Below, in pieces: positions 8,474 to 18,418 of a DNA stretch of 64,000 nt (position 1 is the first letter of the stretch; each line of letters begins with the position of its first letter). The DNA is from Acidobacteriota bacterium. GTDB taxonomy: Bacteria; Acidobacteriota; Thermoanaerobaculia; Gp7-AA8. The position numbers and the translations under genes are program-made. The notes below the pieces were generated by a model. The model did not search any database, had not been told where the DNA came from, and worked only from the letters and a program-made list of their open reading frames with translations. The stretch covers positions 1-64,000 of the forward strand of contig JAFATB010000011.1 in NCBI GenBank assembly GCA_019244185.1, in the 5' to 3' direction.

Positions 8474-11350
8474 TCAGAAGCGGATGCGCGCGCCGAGACG
8501 CAGCACGCGCGGGCTCTGGAGCTGCTCGATCCAGTTGTTGTCCGCATCGCTGCCGTTGGCGTTGTACATCCGGTTGTCGCGCCACAGCACGGTGCGCTGG
8601 TTCGTCGCGTTGAAGAGGTCGAGCGAGAAGTTCATCGCCACGCCGGCGTGCAGCGGGACGTCCTTGGCGATGCGCAGGTCGAGGTTGAAGAGGTCGGGCA
8701 GGCGGTTCGCGCCGAAGCTCTCGGAAACCATGATGTTCTGGTTGCCGGTGGCGCTGTTCGGCTTGATGCGGCGGTAGTACGGGATGATGTAGCCCTCGCG
8801 GCCGATCACCGCGGCACCGAACGAGAACTGCCACGGCAGCTGCACGACGGAGTTGAGCGAGTACGACCAGCGGGAGTTGATGTAGCCGCCGATGCCGCCG
8901 CTCGACGCCACGACGTCGCCGTCGCACGACGAACAACTATCGCCGGAAACGATCGGCGACGGATTGACGAAGCCGTTCGCGCCGACGTGCTGCTTCCAAT
9001 CGGAGAGCGTGATGCTGCCGCGCATCATCCAGCGGTTGGACATTCGCTTCGTCGCGGTGAGATCGATGCCGTTATAGGTCTGGTGATAGTCGGGCCGGTT
9101 CGTGGTGACGAAGTAGACCGGCGCGGGCACTCCCGACGCGAGCTTGTAATACGGCACCGAGTACGGCGTGCCGTCCGGCAGCGTGCCGGTGGCGGTGCCG
9201 GCGGGGACGTAGTCGGCGCTCGTGTAGAAGTCGTTCGAGCCGCGCGTCTTCTCGTACTGATCCCACAGGAAGTTCTTGCGATAGCGATACGTGTAGGTCG
9301 CGCCGACCGAGAAGCTCGGCGTGAGCTCGCGCTCGTAGCCGGCGATGAACTCGTCCGTCGTCGGCGCCTTCATGTTGTAGTCGAGACGTCCCGGCGAGAA
9401 GCCGGCGGCGGTGTTGTCGGGATCGATGCTCGACCAACTATAAATACCGTAGTCGAAGTCGAGCTCGTTGCGCTGCACGGTCTTGTCGCCGTTCGCATCG
9501 TCCCAGTAGTAGTAGAGCATCTGTACCTGATAGAACGGATTGCTCGAGCCGGCGTCGCTCGATCCGAGCTGATCGACGTAGCGGCTGTAGGAGGTGCGCA
9601 GCAGATTGCGGCGATCCGCGCCGAAGCTCCAGTTCACGCCGAGGCGCGGCGAGATGCCGTTCCATTCGAGCGAGCGCTCGTCGCCCGCAAACGTGACGGC
9701 GGGCAGGATGTCGGGAATGACAGGGTTCGCGGGCACGGAGCTGCCGAAGTTCTTCGCGCTTTGCTTGTCGAAGCGGAGGCCGCCGGTCAGCGTGACGTTG
9801 CCGAGAACGACGGTGTCGCCGACGTATGCGTCGAGATAGTGCGAGCCGAAGTTCGGCTCGGCCGGACGCGTGAGCGCGGCGAGCGCGTAGCCGTCGTAGA
9901 AGTTGCCGAACGATGCGTTGCCGGGATACGCCGTCTCCGAGCGCACCGGCGTGTCGCGGTAGCCGAAGCCGAAGCGCAGCTCGTGATCGGTGCTGCCGGT
10001 CTTGAGGTACGCCGAGCCGTCGAGGCGCGTGTTCTTCTGCGGCGTCTGCTGCACGTAGTTGTGATACGAGTTGTGCCAGCCGTCGCCTTCGACCCAGTAC
10101 GCCGGCGTATCCATGCCGCCGATCGGATCGAGCCGGTAGCCGTTGCGGATGTTCGAGAACGAGCCGGTGAGATAGAGGTTCTGCGAGAAGTTGTGCGTGT
10201 CCTCGATCTTGAGGATGCTGCCCGGGCCGCTCTGATTCGACGCGGTCTCGATCGGACGTCCCGCGCCGAGGCCGCGGCCGGCCACGGTCTTGTTGTTCCA
10301 CATGAAGAAGACGTCGGCGCTGTTCTTCATGGTCAGCTGGCTGTTGACCTTGCCGTTCCAGTTCGAGATCTCGGTCTGCTGGAGCGCGGCGTCGGTGTTG
10401 CCGGTGATGAAGTTGCCAATGCTGTTGCGCGAGTACGCGCCCCAGACCCAGACCTTGTCGCGCACGATCGGACCGCCGGCCTCGAGGCCGTAGTCGTCGA
10501 TGTGGTCGATGGAGTTGCTGCCGAGGTCGAGATAGTCGCGCGCTTCTTCCGGCACGACCGCTTTCGACTGGAAGCTCTTGTCGGTCCAGAACCAGCGTCC
10601 GGAGCCATTGAGCTCGTTCGTGCCTTGCTTGGTGACCATGTTGAGGTGCACGCCCGGCGTGCGGATACTCGGGTCGGCGCCGCCGGTCGAGACCTGCATT
10701 TCATCGAACGAGTCGAAGTCGTAATAGAACGCCGACGTGCCCGTCGCGGCCATGTCGGTGACGGCCACGCCGTCGATGTTCCACTCCGTCTGATCGCGCT
10801 CGACGCCTTTGCCGATGAAGTACGACTGCTGGCCGCTCTCGTTGCCGCCGACGTTGACGCGGTCGACGAGCACGCCCGGAACGCTCTGCAGCACGACCCA
10901 TGGGTCACGCGCCGTGGGCACGTTCTCGAGCTCCGTGCGTCCGACGGTCACGCCCGATTCGGTCTGGCGCGTGTCGAGCACCGGCGCCGCGGCCTGCACG
11001 GTGATGCTCTCGGAGGCCGCGGCCTGCATCGGCAGCGGCAGCTCGGTGTTGCGGCCGACCTCGACGACGACGTTGCGCCGCGTCGTCGCGAAGCCGGAGA
11101 GGTCCGCGCTCACCGCGTAGCGGCCGGGATGCAGATTGAGGAAGCGGTACTCGCCTTCGTTCGTCGTCACGAACGTCTGCGGCGCGCCGATCCCCGTGAG
11201 CGTCACGGTGACCCCCGGCAGCGGATCGCCGTTCGCCGTGACTTTCCCGACGATGTTTCCCGACTGCGTTTGAACCTGAGCGAATGCGAAGGGTGCGAGG
11301 AAGAGAACGACGAGAAGTGCTGCGAAGCCTGCAGGACGAATGAGTCGCAT
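8474..11350 (-). CDS. TonB-dependent receptor (Oar-like) with carboxypeptidase-regulatory N-terminal domain
   Basis: Signal peptide; G-V-G-LPGVTVT domain; plug (ARDPWVVLQSVPGV, NMVTKQGTN); barrel ending PRVLRLGARIRF; GGAGA SD. Confidence 0.92.
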   Translation of the reverse strand: MRLIRPAGFAALLVVLFLAPFAFAQVQTQSGNIVGKVTANGDPLPGVTVTLTGIGAPQTFVTTNEGEYRFLNLHPGRYAVSADLSGFATTRRNVVVEVGRNTELPLPMQAAASESITVQAAAPVLDTRQTESGVTVGRTELENVPTARDPWVVLQSVPGVLVDRVNVGGNESGQQSYFIGKGVERDQTEWNIDGVAVTDMAATGTSAFYYDFDSFDEMQVSTGGADPSIRTPGVHLNMVTKQGTNELNGSGRWFWTDKSFQSKAVVPEEARDYLDLGSNSIDHIDDYGLEAGGPIVRDKVWVWGAYSRNSIGNFITGNTDAALQQTEISNWNGKVNSQLTMKNSADVFFMWNNKTVAGRGLGAGRPIETASNQSGPGSILKIEDTHNFSQNLYLTGSFSNIRNGYRLDPIGGMDTPAYWVEGDGWHNSYHNYVQQTPQKNTRLDGSAYLKTGSTDHELRFGFGYRDTPVRSETAYPGNASFGNFYDGYALAALTRPAEPNFGSHYLDAYVGDTVVLGNVTLTGGLRFDKQSAKNFGSSVPANPVIPDILPAVTFAGDERSLEWNGISPRLGVNWSFGADRRNLLRTSYSRYVDQLGSSDAGSSNPFYQVQMLYYYWDDANGDKTVQRNELDFDYGIYSWSSIDPDNTAAGFSPGRLDYNMKAPTTDEFIAGYERELTPSFSVGATYTYRYRKNFLWDQYEKTRGSNDFYTSADYVPAGTATGTLPDGTPYSVPYYKLASGVPAPVYFVTTNRPDYHQTYNGIDLTATKRMSNRWMMRGSITLSDWKQHVGANGFVNPSPIVSGDSCSSCDGDVVASSGGIGGYINSRWSYSLNSVVQLPWQFSFGAAVIGREGYIIPYYRRIKPNSATGNQNIMVSESFGANRLPDLFNLDLRIAKDVPLHAGVAMNFSLDLFNATNQRTVLWRDNRMYNANGSDADNNWIEQLQSPRVLRLGARIRF

Positions 11351-11409
11351 CAACGATTCTCCTCGGACGGACGAAATGCTACGAATCGTAACCCACGCTC
11401 GCAGCGATG

Positions 11410-11435
11410 GGTGACATTTCGGCGGAAATATCACC
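11410..11435. promoter_or_regulatory. inverted repeat, terminator or operator
   Basis: GGTGACATTTC-GGCG-GAAATATCACC, 10/11 complementary, between the GT-C stop and the receptor gene. Confidence 0.4.
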
Positions 11436-11447
11436 GCGCGCCGATCG

Positions 11448-14400
11448 CTACTGCTGCTGCGCCGGAATCGCGGCGATGAATTCGGAGTCGCCGCCCGGAT
11501 TGACGACCGTCGCGAATCCGACGCCGGTGCCCGCGACGACGGTGATGCGCACCGACATCGTCTCGTCGAGCTTCACGCCGAGCGCGTCCTCGATGTTCGT
11601 CACGAACCAGACCTGATCCTCCGGCACGCCCGACTCGACGCTGCGTCCGATCGTCGCGCCGGTGCGCGTGCGCGCGGAGATGCGGAACGTCGCCGGGATG
11701 TTGCCGACGTTCACGACGCCGACGTTGATCCGCCGCTCGTTCGCATTGCCCGGCAAGCCGACCACCACGAGCTCCGCGCTAGTCGTGGCGGCGGTGGCGG
11801 CGTCACGCGATGAGAGCGGCTGCTCGACCGATGCGCGTCCGCCGTGCGCGACGTCGTACGTCTGGATCACCGCGACCGGCACGCGTCCCTCGCGATGATC
11901 GATCCACAACGTGCCGACCGCGCCCTGCACGCCGAAGAGGCCGTGCGCGACGTCAGCCCAGCGGATGGTCTGCTGCGGCGCGAGCGTGAGGCGGCGGTCG
12001 ATGGCGGTGTCGCCCGCGACGTAGCGCAGCGTCAGCGGAATCGCCTCGCGCAACGGATTGTGCAGCGTGAGATCCGACTGCCAGTACGAGCCGCCGAGTC
12101 CGGAGAGGCTGCCGACCGCGGGGAAGACGAGCCGCACGCGTCCGCCGCTCACGAGCTCTTTCTCCGGCGGCAGATGAATGAGGCGGAGGTAATCGGCGAC
12201 GGCGCGCGGACGCGCATCCGCGCGGCGCGTCCAGAGCTCGACGCCGCGCACCGCGCGATGGAAGCGGTACGTGTCGTCGAGGTACGCGGAGACGGCCTGC
12301 GCGCGGATGTCGTTGGAAACGTTGTCGAACTGATCGAAGAGCTCGGGCGAGCGGCGCAGCACGACCTTCGGCCGCGCGCGCTCGAGCGCGCGAATGGTCT
12401 CGGCCTGAAAGTCGCGCGGCGAGAGGATCGGCACCTGATAGAAGCGCGTCGGGTTCGGACGGCCGGCGAAAAAGTAGAACGCCGGCTGGTTCGAGAAGTC
12501 GAAGATCGGCTCGCCGCGCGGCGTCAGCTCGCGGATCGTCGCGGAGACGTCCGTGATCCGCCACTGTACTTCCTCCGCCTGCGCCTCGCGATGGGCGTGC
12601 ATCACGCGCGGACCGTAGCGCACGAGATCGTTGATGCGCGCGTTGACGAGATCGGGAATCCAGAACAGCACGCCGACGACGACGGCGGCGCAGACGACGA
12701 GCGTGGCGAGAAAGGCGCGCGTGCCGGTGTCGATTGCGCGACTCCCGTCGCTTCCGTTGCGCCAGAGCGTGCGCAATGCGCGCGCGAGCAGCACGCCGAG
12801 GAGCACCAGCATGGGGCCGATTAGAAACGCGGCAAAGTACTGGTGGCGGAACTCCGCGCGGCCGAACGCGGTGCGCTGCGCGATCGTCGCGAAGACGGTG
12901 AGCGCGAGCAGCGCGAAGTCGAGCGTGTCGAGCCGGCGGCGCAGCCAGCGCTGGATGAGATACACCGCGGCGACGGCGATCGTCAGCGGGCTGACGACGA
13001 GATGGAACTTCTCCCACAGCACAAAGTCGGCGAGCGTGTGCAGGTTGAGATCGACGCGGAACGTGGAGACGAGATCGGGGAACGGCAGCGACCAGACCGC
13101 GTCGATGATGTGCGGGATCGTGACGAACGATGCCTCGAAGAAGGCTCCGAGCGCGCCGCGCATCGCGAGATAGATGAGAAACGGCGCGGCGCCGAGGACG
13201 ACTCCGAGCATGAAGAAGATTGCGGCGACGTGCGGCGCGAGACCGTTCCACGGCGCGCGCTTCGACGCGATCCAGACGAGCAGCGCCGCGCCGAGTCCGC
13301 CGGCGACGGTGAAGACGCCGATCTCGTAGCTGAAGAAGATCGCCGCGCCGGCGAAGATACCGCTGAAGGTCGCGGACGCGCGGCTGCGGCGGCGCAGCGC
13401 GTTCCAGAAGAGCGCCACCGCCGCGACCTGAAAGAACGTGCGGTCGTTCTCCGCCGTCGTCCACGCGCCCATCGCCACGGAGAGCAGCGCGAGCGACATC
13501 GACTCGAAGACGACGATGCCGAGAAACCAGATCGAGACGCCGAGAAACGCGCCGATCACGACGCTCCGCGCGATGGCGACGTCGAGCGAGCGTCCGAAGA
13601 GCTCCATCAGCCACGCGTCGAGGAGGCCGTCTTCGAGCATGCCGTGCAGTGCAAAGACATCGCGGAACGGCACCTTCCCGCGCAGATAGTCGGAGGCCGG
13701 GCCGAGCGACTCGCCGCGGTGAAAGAGATCGATCCACTGCGAGAGCTGCGCGGTGGACGCGTAGCTGATGAGATACAGCAGGCCGGGAACGATCGCGTAC
13801 GCGCAGAGCGCCCACGCTGTTCGCGGCGCGAGCGGGTTACGCAGCCGCAGCGCGACGAGCGCGGAGACGAGCAGCGCCACGATGACCGCGATGCGCGGAT
13901 ACGGGAACGGCACGAGGATCACGGCCGCGAGCGGCAGCAGGACGAGCGGCAGCGCGCCGGCCGCGACGCGGCGAAAGACGTCTTCCGTTTGCTGGCCGAA
14001 CGTCAGGTACACGATGCGCGCGATGAGCACCGCCGCGACCCAGAAGAAGGCGAGGAAGAGAAAGACGAAGACCGTTTCGAGGAAGAGCGTCGGGATGTGC
14101 GCGATGCGCCGGCCGGTGACGAGGTAGCGAAACAGAATCCACGAGAGACCTTCGGTGAGCACGAGCGCGTGATACGCGCGCAGCTCGCGCCGGCAGAGCT
14201 CGCGCAGCCAGCGGCGCGTCTCGACGAACGCGAGGAGCCGCGGTCCCGCGTACGAGAGCGCGACCGGCAGCAAGAGGATCCAGCCGACTTTCCCCGTCGT
14301 GAGATAGAAGAGCGGCGCGAAAAAGTAGGGAACGGTGAAGAGCAGCGCCGCGCCGAACCGCCGGGGCATCGCGCGCGCGAAGACGCGCTCGAGCCAGATC

Positions 14401-14618
14401 GTCAGCGGCGGAACGAGCAGAAAGAAGAGCGACGCGCCGAGGTAGTCGCGGAGCTTCGAGTAGCGCGCGATGGTGACGTAGCCGATCGCCACGGGGGCGG
14501 TGGGCGGCAGCGAGCGGAAGAGCAGCGTGAGCGAGAGAAAGACGCCGCACGCGAGCGAGAACGCCGCGATCCAGAGGAAGGCGCGGAGGATGCGGTCGGA
14601 AAGTGGCGCGGGGCTCAA
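11448..14618 (-). CDS. polytopic GT-C-like membrane protein with C-terminal extracytoplasmic beta domain
   Basis: Many TM helices; loop DLFHRGE...DYLRGKVPFRDVFALHG typical of GT-C enzymes; TTG start overlapping the cobA-hemD stop. Confidence 0.7.
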   Translation of the reverse strand: MSPAPLSDRILRAFLWIAAFSLACGVFLSLTLLFRSLPPTAPVAIGYVTIARYSKLRDYLGASLFFLLVPPLTIWLERVFARAMPRRFGAALLFTVPYFFAPLFYLTTGKVGWILLLPVALSYAGPRLLAFVETRRWLRELCRRELRAYHALVLTEGLSWILFRYLVTGRRIAHIPTLFLETVFVFLFLAFFWVAAVLIARIVYLTFGQQTEDVFRRVAAGALPLVLLPLAAVILVPFPYPRIAVIVALLVSALVALRLRNPLAPRTAWALCAYAIVPGLLYLISYASTAQLSQWIDLFHRGESLGPASDYLRGKVPFRDVFALHGMLEDGLLDAWLMELFGRSLDVAIARSVVIGAFLGVSIWFLGIVVFESMSLALLSVAMGAWTTAENDRTFFQVAAVALFWNALRRRSRASATFSGIFAGAAIFFSYEIGVFTVAGGLGAALLVWIASKRAPWNGLAPHVAAIFFMLGVVLGAAPFLIYLAMRGALGAFFEASFVTIPHIIDAVWSLPFPDLVSTFRVDLNLHTLADFVLWEKFHLVVSPLTIAVAAVYLIQRWLRRRLDTLDFALLALTVFATIAQRTAFGRAEFRHQYFAAFLIGPMLVLLGVLLARALRTLWRNGSDGSRAIDTGTRAFLATLVVCAAVVVGVLFWIPDLVNARINDLVRYGPRVMHAHREAQAEEVQWRITDVSATIRELTPRGEPIFDFSNQPAFYFFAGRPNPTRFYQVPILSPRDFQAETIRALERARPKVVLRRSPELFDQFDNVSNDIRAQAVSAYLDDTYRFHRAVRGVELWTRRADARPRAVADYLRLIHLPPEKELVSGGRVRLVFPAVGSLSGLGGSYWQSDLTLHNPLREAIPLTLRYVAGDTAIDRRLTLAPQQTIRWADVAHGLFGVQGAVGTLWIDHREGRVPVAVIQTYDVAHGGRASVEQPLSSRDAATAATTSAELVVVGLPGNANERRINVGVVNVGNIPATFRISARTRTGATIGRSVESGVPEDQVWFVTNIEDALGVKLDETMSVRITVVAGTGVGFATVVNPGGDSEFIAAIPAQQQ

Positions 14619-16132
14619 CGCGTGGAGTGTAGCGTTACCGCCTCGATGACCGCCGCGCAAAGCGCCACGACGGTTGCCTCTTCCGCCACGATGTCCGGCT
14701 CCTTGCCGTAGCGGCGGATGGCCTCGCTCGTCGTCGCGCCGATCGACGCCAGCCGCGCATGCGCGAGGACGCGCGCTCGCTCGTCATCCGTCAGCTTCTC
14801 GAAGAAACGATCGACGGTCGACGCGCTGGTGAACGTGACCACGTCGAGGGCGTCGCTCGCGATCGCCGCGCGCAGCTCATCGAGCTCGTTCTCCGCGGCG
14901 ATCGTGCGATACGCAACCGCGAGCGCGACCTCGCCGCCGCGGCGCCGCAGCTCGTCGAGCAGCTCGTCGCGTCCTTCTTCCGCGCGGATCACCGCGGTGC
15001 GAATCCCGCGCTGGTCTTCGGCGAGCAACGGCAGCAGCTCGGTGGAGATGAAACGCTCCGGCACGACGTCCGGCTGCACGCCGCGCGCGCGCAGGTCCGC
15101 GGCCGTCGCTTGTCCCACCGCGGCGATCTTCGTTCCGGCGAGCGCACGCACGTCGTTCCCCTTCGCGAAGAGCCGCTCGAAAAATGACGCCACGCCGTTC
15201 GTGCTGGTGAAGACGAGCCAGTCCCAACGCTCGTCGATGGCGCGATCGAGCGACGCCCACGACTCCGGCGGCGCGATCTCGATGGTCGGAAACTGCAGCA
15301 CGTCGGCGCCCGCTTCTTCGAGCAGCCGCTTGAGCTGCGAGGCTTGTTCGCGCGCGCGCGTCACGACGACGCGCTTGCCGAAGAGCGGCCGCGTCGAGAA
15401 CCAGTCGATGGTCTCGTGCAGCTTCACCACGTCGCCGACGACGATGAGCGCCGGCGTCTCCAGCCGCGCGTTCGCCACGAGCGCCTCGATGGTGCGCAGC
15501 GTGCCCGCGACCACGCGCTGGTCCGCGCGCGTGGCCTTCGAGATCACCGCGCAGCCGCGTTCCGGCGACATGCCGAACTCCACCAGCCGCTGCACGATCG
15601 CGGGCAAATTCGCGAAGCCCATCAGGAAGACGATCGTGCCGTCGAGCTGCGCGAGCGCGGGCCAGGCGATGCCGGTCGAGCCGCTGTCCGCCTCGTGCGC
15701 GGTGACGAGCGTGACCGACGTCGCGTACGCGCGATGCGTCACCGGAATGCCCGCGTACGCCGGTCCCGCGATCGCGGACGAGATGCCCGGCACGACTTCG
15801 AAGTCGACGCCCGCTGCCGCGAGCTCCTCCGCTTCTTCGCCGCCGCGCCCGAACACGAACGGATCGCCGCCTTTCAGCCGCACGACGCGCTTGCCCTTCT
15901 TCGCCTCGTCGATCAGCAGCGCGTTGATCTGATCCTGCGGCAGCGCGTGCGCGCTGGCGCGTTTGCCGACGTACACGACTTCCGCGGACTTGCCGATCTT
16001 CGCGCGAATGTCGTCCGACACGAGCGCGTCGAGCGCGACGAGGTCGGCGTCCGCGAGGAGCTCCGCCGCGCGCAGCGTGAGCAGCCGCGCGTCTCCCGGC
16101 CCCGCCCCGACTAGGTAGACTTTTCCCGCCAC
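14615..16132 (-). CDS. cobA: uroporphyrinogen-III C-methyltransferase / uroporphyrinogen-III synthase fusion (CobA-HemD)
   Basis: VYLVGAGPGD, RLKGGDPFVFGRGGEE; then LFGKRVVVTRAREQ, FTSTNGV, FTSASTV. Confidence 0.95.
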   Translation of the reverse strand: MAGKVYLVGAGPGDARLLTLRAAELLADADLVALDALVSDDIRAKIGKSAEVVYVGKRASAHALPQDQINALLIDEAKKGKRVVRLKGGDPFVFGRGGEEAEELAAAGVDFEVVPGISSAIAGPAYAGIPVTHRAYATSVTLVTAHEADSGSTGIAWPALAQLDGTIVFLMGFANLPAIVQRLVEFGMSPERGCAVISKATRADQRVVAGTLRTIEALVANARLETPALIVVGDVVKLHETIDWFSTRPLFGKRVVVTRAREQASQLKRLLEEAGADVLQFPTIEIAPPESWASLDRAIDERWDWLVFTSTNGVASFFERLFAKGNDVRALAGTKIAAVGQATAADLRARGVQPDVVPERFISTELLPLLAEDQRGIRTAVIRAEEGRDELLDELRRRGGEVALAVAYRTIAAENELDELRAAIASDALDVVTFTSASTVDRFFEKLTDDERARVLAHARLASIGATTSEAIRRYGKEPDIVAEEATVVALCAAVIEAVTLHSTR

Positions 16133-17034
16133 AACAGCTCCTCGGCACCCTGCGCGACGAGCTCGTCGTGCACGGCGTTGATCAGGCTTTGCGCGTCGCG
16201 CCCGGCGCGCTGCACGCGGATCGCGCGCGTGCCGTCGAGACTCCCGCAGAACGCGCGGATGTTCAGTGCATCGTCGTCGTCAAACCGCGCGTGCACCGCG
16301 ATCGCACTGTAGCAGTCGAGCCGCGCGCCGAACGCCTGCAACACGCCGCGCTCGCACAGCGCCGCCTGCTCGCTCGCCTCGTTGTTGATCGTGCGCGCGA
16401 CGTCCAACGCGTCCTCGTTCGCGCGCAGACACTCGATCGCGACGATGCCCTGCCCCGCCGCGGGCAGCATTTCGTCGACGGAAAAGTAGGCCGTGATCTC
16501 ATCCGCGCGACCGAGCCTCGTGAGGCCCGCGCTGGCGAGGACGAGTCCCGCGTACTGGCCGCGGCGCGCTTTCGCGAGACGCGTGTCGACGTTGCCGCGC
16601 ACGTCTTCGATTCGCAACCGCGGAAAACGCGCCGCGAGCTGCGCGCGGCGCCGCGGCGCGCTCGTGCCGACGACGGCGCCGTCCGGCAGTTGGTCAAGTG
16701 CTTGACCTTCAGGCTGGACCCACGCGTCGCGCGGATCGGCGCGCTCGAGAAACGCCGCCAGCGCGAACTGGTCGGGGATCAGCGACGGCACGTCCTTGAG
16801 GCTATGCACGGCGAGATCGATCTCGCCGCGCACGAGCGCGTCTTCGAGCTCCTTGATGAAGAGTCCCTTGCCGCCGATCGAGGCGAGCGAGACGTCGGTG
16901 CGGCGGTCGCCGGTCGTGCGCACGACGACGAGCTCGGATTCGATGCCCGCGTTCGCGAGCTGCCGCGCGGTCTCGTCGGCCTGCCAGAGCGCGAGCTGGC
17001 TGCCGCGCGTGCCGATGCGGACGCGCCTCGTCAT
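16111..17034 (-). CDS. hemC: hydroxymethylbilane synthase
   Basis: IGTRGSQLALWQA, GKGLFIKELE, AVHSLKDVP, RGNVDTRL, PAAGQG. Confidence 0.95.
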   Translation of the reverse strand: MTRRVRIGTRGSQLALWQADETARQLANAGIESELVVVRTTGDRRTDVSLASIGGKGLFIKELEDALVRGEIDLAVHSLKDVPSLIPDQFALAAFLERADPRDAWVQPEGQALDQLPDGAVVGTSAPRRRAQLAARFPRLRIEDVRGNVDTRLAKARRGQYAGLVLASAGLTRLGRADEITAYFSVDEMLPAAGQGIVAIECLRANEDALDVARTINNEASEQAALCERGVLQAFGARLDCYSAIAVHARFDDDDALNIRAFCGSLDGTRAIRVQRAGRDAQSLINAVHDELVAQGAEELLWREKST

Positions 17035-18290
17035 CGCAGGCCGAAGATCTTCCGGATCGTCCGGCGCAGCGACTCGCGCTCCTGCGGCTCGTCGGACGCG
17101 TCTTTCAGCTCGAGGATCGGGTAGTGGAGGATCTTGTTGACGAGCTGCGAGGAGAACTGCTCGATGGCGCGGCGCTGCTCGGCGTCGATCGGCCCCAGAC
17201 GGCGCAGGCACTTCTCGAGCTCGGCCGCGCGGATCGACTCGAGGCGCTGCTGCAGCTCGAGAATCGTCGGCACCGCGTCCTGCGCGACGAGCCGGCGGCG
17301 GAAGTTGTCGACCTCGCGCTGCACGATCTGCTCGGCTTCCTGCGCTTTCTGCTGGCGCCGCTCGCGGTTGCCGTCGGCGACCTGCTGCAGATCGTCGACG
17401 TTGTAGAGGTACGCGCCCTCGAGCCGCGCAACCGCGGGATCGATGTTGCGCGGCACGGAGAGATCGATGAGAAAGAGGTTCTGCTGGCGGCGCATCGCCA
17501 GCGCGCGCTCGACCTGCTCGCGGGCGACGACGTAGTGCGGCGCGGCGGTCGAGGCGATGACGATGTCGCAGCGCGTGAGATGTTCGGCGACGGAGTCGAA
17601 CTGCACAGCCTCGCCGTCGAAGCGGCGCGCGAGCTCGCGCGCGCGGTCGTGCGAGCGGTTCGCGACGAAGACCTGCCGCACCTGCTGCGCATGCAGATGT
17701 TCCGCGGTCAGCTCGCCCATCTCGCCGGCGCCGAGGAGCAGGACGTGGAGGCCGCGCAAACTGCCGAAGATCTTCTTCGCCAGCTCGACCGCGGCGTACG
17801 GCACGGATACGGCGTGCTCGCCGATGCCGGTGTCGGTGCGCACTTTCTTCGCCACGCGCAGCGTGTTGTCGCCGAGCTGCGCGAGGAGCGAGTCGAGCGT
17901 GCCGAGCTCCTGCGCGCTGACGAACGCCTGCCGCACCTGTCCGCCGATTTGCGGCTCGCCGACGATCATCGAGTCGAGCCCTGCCGCGACGCGGAACAGA
18001 TGCCGCACGACGTCGCCGTGCCGGACGATGTAGAGATACTTTTCCAGCTCCGCGCGCGACGCGCCCGCCCGCTCCGCGAGCCACTCGACGATCGTCCCGA
18101 TCACATCCTCGTCCTGCGTCGAAACGATCGCCTCGACGCGGTTGCACGTCGACAGCAGCGCCGCGCCCTCCACGCCCGCGAGCGCGCGCAACGCCCGCGT
18201 CGTCGCCGGCAGCTGCGAGTCCGAGATGCTCAGCCGCTCGCGCACGTCGACCGGCGCGGTGCGGTGATTGAGGCCGAGGAGGATTAGCAA
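17031..18290 (-). CDS. hemA: glutamyl-tRNA reductase
   Basis: GLNHRTAPVDVRE, STCNRVE, GLDSMIVGEPQI, GAGEMG, DLSVPRNID; TTG start with GGAGG SD. Confidence 0.95.
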   Translation of the reverse strand: MLILLGLNHRTAPVDVRERLSISDSQLPATTRALRALAGVEGAALLSTCNRVEAIVSTQDEDVIGTIVEWLAERAGASRAELEKYLYIVRHGDVVRHLFRVAAGLDSMIVGEPQIGGQVRQAFVSAQELGTLDSLLAQLGDNTLRVAKKVRTDTGIGEHAVSVPYAAVELAKKIFGSLRGLHVLLLGAGEMGELTAEHLHAQQVRQVFVANRSHDRARELARRFDGEAVQFDSVAEHLTRCDIVIASTAAPHYVVAREQVERALAMRRQQNLFLIDLSVPRNIDPAVARLEGAYLYNVDDLQQVADGNRERRQQKAQEAEQIVQREVDNFRRRLVAQDAVPTILELQQRLESIRAAELEKCLRRLGPIDAEQRRAIEQFSSQLVNKILHYPILELKDASDEPQERESLRRTIRKIFGLR

Positions 18291-18318
18291 GATGCGAGGC
18301 CTCCGGCCTCGCGAATGA

Positions 18319-18407
18319 AGAACGCAGAACGCAGAACGCAGAACGCAGAACGGAGGAACAGCGCGTCGTTCCCCTTTCTCAATTCTTCGTTCTGCGTTCT
18401 GCGTTCT
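18319..18407. repeat. heptamer tandem array (AGAACGC)n with an inverted array
   Basis: About 5 copies of AGAACGC at 18319-18352 and about 3 copies of GCGTTCT at 18388-18407. Confidence 0.9.
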
Positions 18408-18418
18408 AAATTCATCTT

